Assembly (NCBI GenBank): GCA_012295275.1
Contig: CM022670.1
Coordinates: 17,670,001 to 17,734,000, forward strand
Length of the DNA stretch: 64,000 nt
Reading direction: 5' to 3'
From: Chrysomallon squamiferum
Lineage: Eukaryota; Animalia; Mollusca
Within the stretch, counting starts at the first letter, position 1; each line of letters opens with the position of its first letter. This document shows, in pieces, positions 28,956 to 39,953 of this stretch. Position numbers and translations under genes: made by a program. The notes beneath the pieces were generated by a model. It did not search any database. It was not told the origin of the DNA and saw nothing but the letters and a program-made list of their open reading frames with translations.

Positions 28956-30609
28956 AAAAGAAAAATAACAAGAGCACAACAAGAAAAATTACAGGAAAGA
29001 AGAAGAAAAAAAAAAATAGAAGTAAAATAAATAATAAAATGTAGAGTCTGTTAAGAAAGCTGTATAATTTATAATGAACACAGTACTGCTTTACGTTGTT
29101 TCCTGGCATACAAATAATTCGCTTATTGTCTTGTCATTTACGTATGAACGGAACATTCTCTCAAGGGCTCTGTTATATTAATTTAGAACTAGGCTTCTGT
29201 ACTTAGTAGTTAATAGTATTTTAGTAAAGAATAATTTGTCCTGTTTCTCTTTGAGATATTTATATTTACATAGTGTAAACGTGTTCCTATCTTTACAGAG
29301 TTCATTATTCTTTTCATGATTTAGATTTAATCATATATGCAAGGAATAATTAGGATTAACAAGATAACATTCCTACTGAACATTACAGAACTACAGAAGC
29401 AAATATTCCTGTAAAACATCACACTGTAATCAGTATTAATCGAGCTGTTTCAGCAGAATAGTCCTGCATACAGACAATGCAATTCCGTAACAAAGATGGA
29501 CAGTTTTTCTTCCCGTGTAACTTTCTCGATATTCAGTTTCGCGTGACGGCCCAGTGATTCCCAGCTTATTGTCAGTTTTCATTTAATATTCACATTTAAT
29601 GGTGGGCCGTCCTCCGCCCAAATTGCTGTCTTAGTGCGGTCTTTGTGGTCCAAGGCGACAGTTAATGCCGGCGTTCTGTCTGTGTGTGTGGAACAGAGTA
29701 AATTACGTAAGGAAACGTCCACAAACACAACTAACAAGTGACTGGAAAATCCTCCCACTTCTCTATTCTGGACGTTTTAATTAAGTCCTCCTTTCTCTCC
29801 GCCAAACTCCGCCACGACTCTGACACTCGACGACTTCGTGTTCACAACGACGGACGGTTATTTTTAAATTTAATTAAACTTTTTTTTTTGTTGTTAATGT
29901 TTGGTTTCTTTCTTGACTTTTTTTTTTTTTTTTTTTCTTTAGATGCAGTGTATGGAAAGTTGATTTTCAAAAATTTATTTAAAAAATAGTAATAATAATA
30001 ATAAAAAGTTAAAAAAATTATAAAAAATTATTAAGAAATTAAGATAGATCACGGAAAACTTCAGGCCAGGTATTATGTTAGTTTGTAATATTATAATATT
30101 ATAGTCTAACATTATCTTTTTTTTTTATCAATTTAATTTCATTACAGCTAAATAGTATATTACTATATAACTACTACTACTACTGCTTCTACTGCTTCTA
30201 ATACTGCTGTTACTAATATTGTTAGTACTGTTGTAGAATAATTATAATGATGATAATAACATTAAAAATAATAATAATGATAATAATAATAATAATCGAA
30301 AATGTATTTTATGTATATGAAAAAATATATATACACATATATATACTTAAACACATACATAAACGTCCAAACACATTTACATACACTGTTAAAAAATACG
30401 TGAGAAAAACAAGAATAATAAACAAACAGAATGCATTCATCATTTCACCAGACTAAAATATGTTCTTAAACACTACACACGGTTTTCAACACGTGACCTA
30501 AATTTATTTTTCCGCATGGATGAATTTCTGTTGCTGACAAGTATGTCCTAGGTACGTAGATTTATGTAGGTACTTAAAATAATACGTTGAGCCCTCTGAG
30601 AAAAACTGA

Positions 30610-30671
<62 letters not shown>

Positions 30672-31379
30672 ATGTGAAACGTTATGAATAATATTGTTAA
30701 TAATGTTAAAAATAACTTTCGAGACATATAATATTTGAATAGAATAATAATCTAAATAAAACAAGGAAATTAAATCTAGCTGTTATAAAATAATTACAAA
30801 AAAAAAATAAAAAAAATATATAAATGAAAAATACAATATTATAAGTAAATTAAAAAATAATAATAATAAGATTTAAAATATGCAATAAATAAAAATAAAA
30901 TAAAATAAACTGGTAACAGAAACAAACAAAAAGCAATAGATAAAATAAAATTCTAACAAAGAAAAAATTATAAATAAATAAAAAATAAAGTATTGAGATA
31001 ATAATAATAAAAAAAAAAAAAAAAAAAAAAAATAATAATAAAAGAAACTAAATAAATAAAACGTTTTATAATAACGACCGTTTTAATGAAACTGAACATA
31101 AGAGAACCATCTTGAATCGTTCTCTAAGAGAAAAGAAAAAAGATGTGTTTCTAAAGTGTTTTGAATTTACGTTTGCCTGCTGTAACAGTCGCTTCGTCGT
31201 ATGTTTTAAGCGACACGTGAACTGTAAAAACTAAACAGTGCATGAACTGAATGAAGCAGATTTCTAACAAAACCCCCATCCTCTCCACCGAACCATTTAT
31301 TTACAAAAGAGACCTCTAACAACGTAATAGCGACAGCTTTCAGTCAAACATTTCTACAATGCCAGACGATAATTGAGTC

Positions 31380-31560
31380 GGCAGGGAATTCTGGGAATGT
31401 TCGTCTGTTGTCATTTCATCTGCTCCCTGGTGGTCAAAAACGGACACTGGCCAAATGAAAACAACGCCTGGCACCAAAATGATGAACATTACTGTCAAAC
31501 TGACATTTCATTACGTCATTCAAAGACGATCACGTGACAGGGTATATGTCACGTGATCTG
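31380..31560. promoter_or_regulatory. Candidate intronic enhancer: paired E-boxes, CTCF-like site and bZIP site
   Basis: GATCACGTGACA-N7-TGTCACGTGATC (31528-31558), CTGCTCCCTGGTGGTCA (31420-31436) and TTACGTCA (31511). Confidence 0.4.
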
Positions 31561-32573
31561 CTTGTTTGCTTGAAGAAGAGAAGATGTGTGGAAGTATTGT
31601 GTTACTAAAATAAGTGGTCGTTGCTGTTGATGATGTAAATGCAGGATGATGAGACGGCTGCATTGTCCAAGACAAATAAACGACGTGTTAAATAAATGTG
31701 TTACTAGTACACAAAATGAACTTCAAAGTTTCACTACGTCAAAGAGAACAGAAAAGTTACGTAATCGGTTCTTAGTGTTTCTGTGATAATAGAGTCGCAT
31801 TTTAACTGCGTAATATACCAGTAAATATTTAACTGTTAAAAAATAAACTTATATTTAATTTTTGTATTGTCATTTTTTGTCTATTTATATTGTTTTATTT
31901 TATTTTATTTTATTTTAATTATTATTATTATTATTATTTTTTTTTTTTTTTTTGTTATTTACTTTGTTATTTTAAATTTTATTTATTTATTTATTTATGT
32001 CATATTTACTCTTTTTTTATTTAATTTATTTTCATTTATTTAATTGTTTATATACATCAGTGGCATTAACACTGTATGTCCTTTTTATATACCCCAGAAA
32101 TTCCATCAGTATCATATAATTAATTATATTATTACATATTATTACTATTAAAGAAAAACAATAATACGAACATTTAAATTAATATTAATTATCATTATCA
32201 TTATCATTGTTGTTGTTGTTGTTGTTGTTATTTTATTACCTACAAACTAATTTTAGAGTAGAAAATATATACATATTATTAAAAAAAAAGTTAAAAAAAA
32301 AGAGCTAATACAAAACAAATTCACGTCAGGGATATAAATGTTGTTGTTTTTTTTGTTGTTTTTTTAAGCTTAAAATTGTATGGGAAATTTAATTAAGGTT
32401 ATAAAATAATGGAACTGTTAAATGTATATTTTATCAGACAACTATTATTAATAACAGTTTAAAAAAAAAAATAATAACAATAATAAATAAATAAAAAAAA
32501 ACAAAAAAATAAAAAAAAACAAAAAATAAATAAATAAATAAATAAATAAACAAATAAATAATAAATGAAATAA

Positions 32574-32642
<69 letters not shown>

Positions 32643-33074
32643 TAAATAAATTAATAACAATAAAATATTAAGTTAAAAAATATTGTTAAAATATAATAGC
32701 CAAAAATATAAATGATGACAATGCAAAGACAAAAAGGTCATAAAGTAAAATAAAATAAAATAAAATAAAATAAAATAAAATAAAATAAAATAAAATAAAA
32801 TATAAATAAAATAAAATAAAACAAAATAAAGAAACAAAAGTGACGACTTATTTTGGTTTAGCCTGGTAATCTTAGAATTAACTAGGAGTACTTGTCAAAA
32901 TAAATTTCAGTGTTGACAATCAATATGAACTACTCTTGTTGCTCGATGAACCAGGCTCACCAATAACTAGCGGGGATATAAACACAATATTTTATAAACT
33001 GATTCTTTGTGTGGCTTTGATGGCCTCGTAAGCCGAGAAAAAGCTTGCCATAATGTCCACAGATCGATGTGAAA

Positions 33075-33300
33075 GAGCCATTGAAATGTCGGTGTAAAAA
33101 TGAAGATTTACTGAAAGGTCGACGCAAACGAAGTTTCTGTGTGATCGGTATAATCGAAGACTGCAGACAGATCGAGACAACCGAAAGATTTACTGAAAGA
33201 TCGACACCAAGGAAGACTTACTGAAAAATCGACACAGAACGATGACTTACTGAAATGTCGACGCAAAACAGACTTACTGAAGGTTTTACCGAAGATGTGG
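33075..33300. repeat. Degenerate ~29-bp minisatellite (GAAGACTTACTGAAAGGTCGACACAAAC-like)
   Basis: At least five recognisable GA(T/C)TTACTGAA...TCGAC units, plus more decayed flanking units. Confidence 0.8.
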
Positions 33301-34044
33301 CATTAATAAAGACTAAGTGATAAAACATTAAATGTCACAAAAACGAAAAGTAACTGATCTAAGTCATAAATGAAAGCTTAATGAAAGATTGGCACGTGAT
33401 TTAGATAAACTTTCGACATTAACAAAAATGTATAGAATAATCGATACCAAAAAAAAAATACAAAAAATATTACTAAAATGCTGAAAAATACGCAAATTAA
33501 TTACGTCTGAACCCTGAGCAATAATAACGCAATGAAAAGTTACTTTAACAATCGGTAATAACGAATATGACTGAATTTATCATCACAAAGCGTTGCTGAA
33601 TATTTGACGCAACTGAAAACATGCTTAAAAAGATCAGCCACAGATGAAGACTTGGCGATCTCTCTCGTCTCAGAAGTGAAAAACTCGAGCGAACGAGGTC
33701 TCGGATCAACACTGATTACATTCACCTGTCAAAAAGAATAACATGTCGCTGACCCGAACACAACCCATGAACGATAAATGGGATGTTACGGGCCAGATAT
33801 CCACATTAACAATCCCCACAGCGGCTGCTCCAGGTCCCAGGGTGGACCTAAACTACGTGTAGGATTTGCGGAGGATAGGCCTAGAGAACGGACGAGAAGA
33901 ATAATACGTCCATTGTGACTAGATGTAATGAGGCTTTTCTCAGCGTGTTTTCTGTCAGTGTGCGTGTTTTAGTTTAGTCATCGCGTTAAATAGGCGAAGT
34001 CGTAATACTATTACTACTACTAGTCGTTGTTGTTGTTTAAAACA

Positions 34045-34235
34045 TCATCTTTTAGTCTTTCCGCTATTTTGTAGACATTTTTTGAAAAATTTTAGTTATT
34101 ATTTTAGGTTATTTTAATATAATACTTTAAAAAAAAAACAACTAAAAATCATCTTTTAGTCATTCCACTATTTTGTAGACTTTTTAAAAAAAAAAATTTT
34201 AGTTGTTATTTTAGGTTATTTTAATATAATACTTA
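34045..34235. repeat. ~103-bp tandem duplication
   Basis: ATCATCTTTTAGTC.TTCC.CTATTTTGTAGAC...TTATTTTAGGTTATTTTAATATAATACTT occurs twice. Confidence 0.88.
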
Positions 34236-34269
34236 AGAAAAAAAACTACAAAAAAAAAAAACATTCAGT

Positions 34270-34745
34270 TTAATGCTTGTAAACATTCATTTTAGTAGCA
34301 GTTTTTTAAATCTATTTATTTTAATAGTATTGTTTGTAAACATTTAATTTTAATAGTAATATTTTTTATTGTAATTGTAATGTTTGTAAACAATTATTTT
34401 AATTATAATATAATTATAATACTATTGTAATAGTAATATTGGTAAAAACCTATTTTAATAATATTTTTAAAAAATAACTATTTTAATAGTAATACTTGTA
34501 AACTGTTTAATAATAATATTTATAGTAATGTTAACTTTAATAATTATTTTTGTAAACAACTATATTAATAATAGTACTTGTAAACAACTGTTTTAATAGT
34601 AATATTTGTAAACAACTATTTTAATACTAATATTTTTAAACAATTATTTTAATAATGATATTTGTAAACAACTATTTTAATTGTAATATTTCTAAACAAC
34701 TATTTTAACAATAAACAGTTATTTTAATAGTAATGTTTATAAATT
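34270..34745. repeat. AT-rich 28-bp minisatellite (TTGTAAACAACTATTTTAATAGTAATAT), ~15 degenerate units
   Basis: The best-conserved units recur at a 28-nt period (about 34551, 34579, 34607, 34635, 34663, 34691). Confidence 0.88.
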
Positions 34746-35154
34746 TTTATTATATAAATAATTTTAATTTTAGGCAGTTTCAACAGTAATATAACATTAT
34801 ATTATTTCATTATAAAACATTTTAATTGTAAAAGTAGCATTATACGTGAATATGATATTTGTATTTTGCGTAACTTTATTATAAATGTCTGTTGACATAA
34901 GTAAAAATAATAATAATAAAATAAAATTATGTAAATCTGTCTGTCATGTTTATTGTGATATATATTTTAAAAAAATAAAAAATTATTTCTAATATTTTAA
35001 AATATTATCTTACATTATAAAAGAAATATTTAAGAAATTTATTTTATTTATATTTTGTGATGATACATGATCAACAAAATATATTAAACCTGAAATACTT
35101 TTTTTTTAGCTAAATTATTTTTAATTTTTAAAAATGATTTAAATATATTAATTA

Positions 35155-35226
<72 letters not shown>

Positions 35227-35778
35227 ATATTGTTCTTGTAATTAATAAAATAAGAAATACATAATGTTTTAAATTAAGAAATTAAATAACAATAATTATT
35301 TTCCTTGTTTAAGTGAAATATGTTATACTATTTATATTGCATTTGACTTTTCCTTAAATAATACATTTCCCAGAAATCAAACACTACACCAGAACCTCTA
35401 ACTTAGAGCAAAATTTTGTGATGATAAAACTTACTATGATAATTACATTAAGCAGCTCATAAAAATTTTTTAACGACATTAATAAGCTATGCAGTAAGTA
35501 AATAATCTTTGCTGAAAAGTTAAGCCATATAAAAATTTAGTTACCAGGGATTTTAAATTAATAAATATAAAATGCTGAATAGCAAGTTAATTATAATTTT
35601 ATAATACGTACAATTACAAATCATTACTTAATATCAGACAATATTTTTTAAATTTCTTTTTTGTTTTCGTCTATCGATTTCTGATATTGCTACTGTTATG
35701 TAGCTGCTATATGTTTGATATAGTTTACAGGATAGAGAAAATTAAAAGTATTAAATAAATTTAAAAATAATAATAATA

Positions 35779-35845
<67 letters not shown>

Positions 35846-36042
35846 TATTAATAATAATATTAAAATAATAACAACAAATTTAGTAGTAATAAGAAATAAT
35901 ATTATAAAAATAAAATAAATTTCAAACTAAAAAACCAAAGGAAAAAAAAAAAAAATAATAAAAAAAAATTCACTTAAATAATAATAAAAAATAATTTTCT
36001 TTTTTTTTTTAATTATTTTTCTCTCTATCCTATTATTATTAA

Positions 36043-36115
<73 letters not shown>

Positions 36116-37146
36116 GTTATTCACTACTGCATTCTTGTGAATCTATTTTGTTGTTATCAAACAAATAAACAGAAATTTTCACAACATTTTTCTCTGTTAT
36201 CAGACGATCTCTGTGTAAAAACATGACGCAGAATAAACACAACTACTTAACACAAACTCGCCAATTTACTCGCCATGGTCCGTCGCTCTGAACAGCAATG
36301 GCGCAGTGGAAAATTTAATAGTACTCGGATCAGAGAAAGAGAGAAAGGAATTCCCATCAAACGTTACCAAGGAACGGAGTACAGAATAAGTAATGAACGT
36401 CACTGAAATTGACAACCCTGCACGTGAAAAGACGCGGAGAAAATTGAGACTGACGCTGTGTTTTGTGAAAGGAAACATCGAAGTAGTAGTAATAGAGACG
36501 TTTGAGTTAATTTAGTTGAAAGACAAATGTAATAATACAAGCGAATTTTGTTAGTACTGTGAAATAGTAGAATTAAGACTGTTCATTTTGTATGACATCT
36601 GAGTTTGTTTAAAAATTTAGAAATTCATTGTTATTAATTTCGTTTGCGGTGCTTAAGTTCTCTTTAGAATTAACACTGTTTGTTTTGTTTAATTTTTGTG
36701 CATTTTTTAAAATTGTGTACTCTATTTTATTTATTTTTTTTAAACATTTTTTATTCTGTTGTATTTTTAATTTTTTTTGTTTTATTTTATTTTATTTTAT
36801 AAATATTTATTCATTATTTCATTCCAGCATTTTTTTTTTTGTTTATTATAATTATTTATTTACAAACATCTTCATTACAATATATTATTGCTATTGTTAT
36901 TGTTATTGTTATTGTTATTGCTATTGTTATTACTATTACTATTGTTATTATTATTAATTTTATTATTATTACTATTACTATTACTCTTATTATTATTATT
37001 GTTGTTGTTGTTACATTATTATTATTAATAGTTTTAATTTTGCTTTATATTTCTTGAAAATAATATTTTAAATTTTTTTTGTATTATTTTATGCTTTATA
37101 TTTTTATTGTTAAAAATAATGTTTAATTAATTAATTTATTTATTAG

Positions 37147-37209
<63 letters not shown>

Positions 37210-37215
37210 TAATAC

Positions 37216-37249
<34 letters not shown>

Positions 37250-37663
37250 TATTACTTGTTGTTGTTTTCTAGTTAAATATATACAAGGCGATTATATTTT
37301 ATACAGTTTTAATTTTTTAATTTACGTATTAGAAAGAAACAAAACAAACAAATAAATAAAAAATAATAGTAAAAAAAATAGACCAAAACGAAATAAATAA
37401 ATTTAATTTAACTGTTATAAGAAATCTTTAAACTATTTATTTATTACCCTGAATGGGGAAATAGCATTCAAGATTTTGTCTAAAATATTAATATAAAAAA
37501 AAAATAAATAAAAATAAAAATAAAAAAAATAATAATAAAAAATAAACGAAACACACCTGAAACAGAAAATACACATAAACACCTACACATAACAACAATA
37601 ACAGTAAAAATGAACAAACAAACAGTAGGTGGTGTATTAAAATAACGGTTAAAAAACACTTAC

Positions 37664-38143
37664 GTGATTGCCGTCATCGAGAACCTGTAATCCTCCCCCA
37701 CCGTGTAAACTTAACAGTGACGGGTCCTGCTCCAGGGTCAGCCCGTGGGGACCGCCATGCATCAACACGTCCGGGCGGCGAATCTGTCCGTAGTCCGTTC
37801 GCCGCGTGTCGTACGCCCCCGGGAGGCCCGGGTGCATGTTGTGGATGCCATCCTCTCTGTGTCGCAGGACGTTGCGGTCGCCGTGGTGGATCTGGTGATT
37901 GTAATGGTGTTGCGGCGTCTGGAACGAATTGAGGTGGGAGTAGGGGTCGGCGTTCACGTGGTGGTGGAAGTCCACCGACTGCTGCGGGGGAAGGTTGTAG
38001 GGAGGGGGGAAGTATGGAGGCTGGAAGTCCGTGTTGGGCGTGTGGGAGAGGCGAGGGGCGGAGGAGAAGGTGCCCGACCCACCGATGGAACTGACCAGCT
38101 GACCAAGGCCCTGACTGGCCACCAGGTCCGACCTTCGATGGTC
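37664..38143 (-). CDS. TFAP2: Transcription factor AP-2, internal coding exon (equivalent to vertebrate exon 2; transactivation region with PY motif)
   Basis: The minus strand reads ...tttttcag|GAC CAT CGA... to ...GGC AAT CAC|gtaagt, 480 nt, phase 0/0. Translation is DHRRSDLVASQGLGQ...SSAPRLSHTPNTDFQPPYFPPPYNLPPQQ...DPYSHLN...DDGNH. LSHTPxxDFQPPYFPPPY and DPYSH are hallmark AP-2 family N-terminal motifs. Confidence 0.95.
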
Positions 38144-39887
38144 CTGAAAAAGAGAGAAAAAGAAATAAAAATTAGTTGAAACAGAAATTAGAACTTTATA
38201 TGTTAATTTTATATCATCTGGTTTTGTTTTCAGTATTTAAAACAGACTCTGAAGTAAAGATAAAAGTTCCATATTGCAGATATTAAAAATTTAAAACTTT
38301 AATATCTGTGATTCATGTTCGATCTGCGTACCAAAATAGGTATAATAATAAGAAGAAAAATTAGTAAAAATAAAAATTCAGCATTTGAAATTATAACTTA
38401 TGATACTCACATTCTGACAAAAGCCCAAAAAGAATTAAAAAAAAAAAAAACCACACAAACACAGCGAACACAGAAAACTAAATGAAATCTCTGTGAGATT
38501 TCACATCACATAACTGACAGATTTCTGTTTAAAAACCGGCTCAGTGAGGATAAAATATATCGACAGAGAAAATAGCCATTAGCTTGAGAAAACCTTCAAC
38601 TCTGCCAGCTGCTGGCGACTGAAGCATGGTGCAGACCGATCTACAATTCGAGCAGAAAAGAAAATGCCTTAAAGGCATCTCATCTAACAACCACGTTGGA
38701 AAATGAATGAAGTCATTCACGGTGCTGTAGTCGAGATTATATATAGAATAATATATACAAAAATCTCATAATTTATCAACAACTTCTCTTGTCTGCATCC
38801 CTCTGGCCATTTCTGCCTGTCTCTATTCATTTTGACAATGGGTACGATACGGTTATCGTTATAGCAATCAGCGCTTTTTAAATGTTACAAATTATCGCGT
38901 GACAGCGTTAAATTGTTAGTCTTAAATGGAAGGTAACAATGATATTAATAACATATATTTAAACTACGGTAATAAGAGATAAATTAAAAAATTTTAAAAA
39001 GAAGGTGAAAAGAGATTATAAGAAAAAAAAATAGTTAGATTATGGAGATAACGATATTAAAAAAAAAAAAGTGATAGAAGAATATGTTTAAAAATTAAAA
39101 TAAACAGTAGTTTTAAAAGACAAAAAATATTTATAAATTAAAGAAGAAAAAATGTATCAACAAAATAAAAAAAATATAATGATAATATAAAAAAATAAAA
39201 AATAAAATAAAATAATAAAAATAATAAAATTAAGAAGAAGAAGATGAAAAAAAAAGAGATAATAATTATATATATAAAAAAGAGTTAATAATATATATAT
39301 ATATTTGAAAGAAAAAAAAAGAAGATAAAAATTAGATAATAAATATATATATTTTAAAAAAGCACCTCCGGCTCAATGAGACCAAATGCTGACGGCATTC
39401 CTTGTCGTTTATCCGAGAACGGAGAAAGACGCTCGAAGGCGCTGTCTTTTGACGTGAACGAATCCGGGTGAATGTTAGCGACGTTTGCGGAGTTTTCCAG
39501 GTTACTAAGATTGGACATTACTTGTTGTCCTGACTAGTGGCATCTGTCCTGCCTGGGGAGGTGGTCGGAAACGAGACGTGTGTTTGTAAACAAATAATCC
39601 TGTACCAGGTAAGTCCCGCGGCACTAGTACACAAAATGGAAGACGTTGGAAACATACAACACTAGAAATAATGAAACGAGCAGACACAAATCAGGTGGGG
39701 ATACTATTTTAGGCTCTTACTAGCCCAGAGGCACTTCTGTTACAAGAAACCACGGTCTTTACTCTACGATATTTGGGGCTTGGCCACGGTCCATGACCAA
39801 CCAATAATCTGCGCTTTTAGGAGAACGCGACCTGCGTGTTAAGGATGCGTCGCGCAATCTGATTGGCTGGAGCTTTCCGATACTGAC

Positions 39888-39953
39888 TTGCTGATGCGTT
39901 TCTGATCCGCTTAGCCCCTCCCCGTGTTCGGCAGAAGTCCATTGAAAAACCAT
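39888..39953 (-). CDS. Candidate first coding exon of TFAP2 (MVFQWTSAEHGEGLSGSETHQQ), weak
   Basis: ATG at 39953, then 22 codons and CAA|gtcagt. Phase 0 matches the acceptor at 38143, and it lies in a CpG-rich island with CCAAT boxes. The donor is suboptimal and no homology was recognised. Confidence 0.2.

Noticed and set aside
33075-33300. CRISPR-like appearance of the repeat with variable linkers
   Set aside because: The units are degenerate and the linkers are only about 10 nt and similar to each other. There are no cas genes, and the context is a eukaryotic intron.
37717-38179. Plus-strand ORFs of 71 aa and 144 aa overlapping the large exon
   Set aside because: They are antisense shadows of a GC-rich coding exon, where stops are rare. 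They have no recognisable motif and use non-ATG starts.
38483-38503. 9-bp inverted repeat TGAAATCTC-TGT-GAGATTTCA
   Set aside because: It is short and AT-rich, and a few such repeats are expected by chance in 64 kb.
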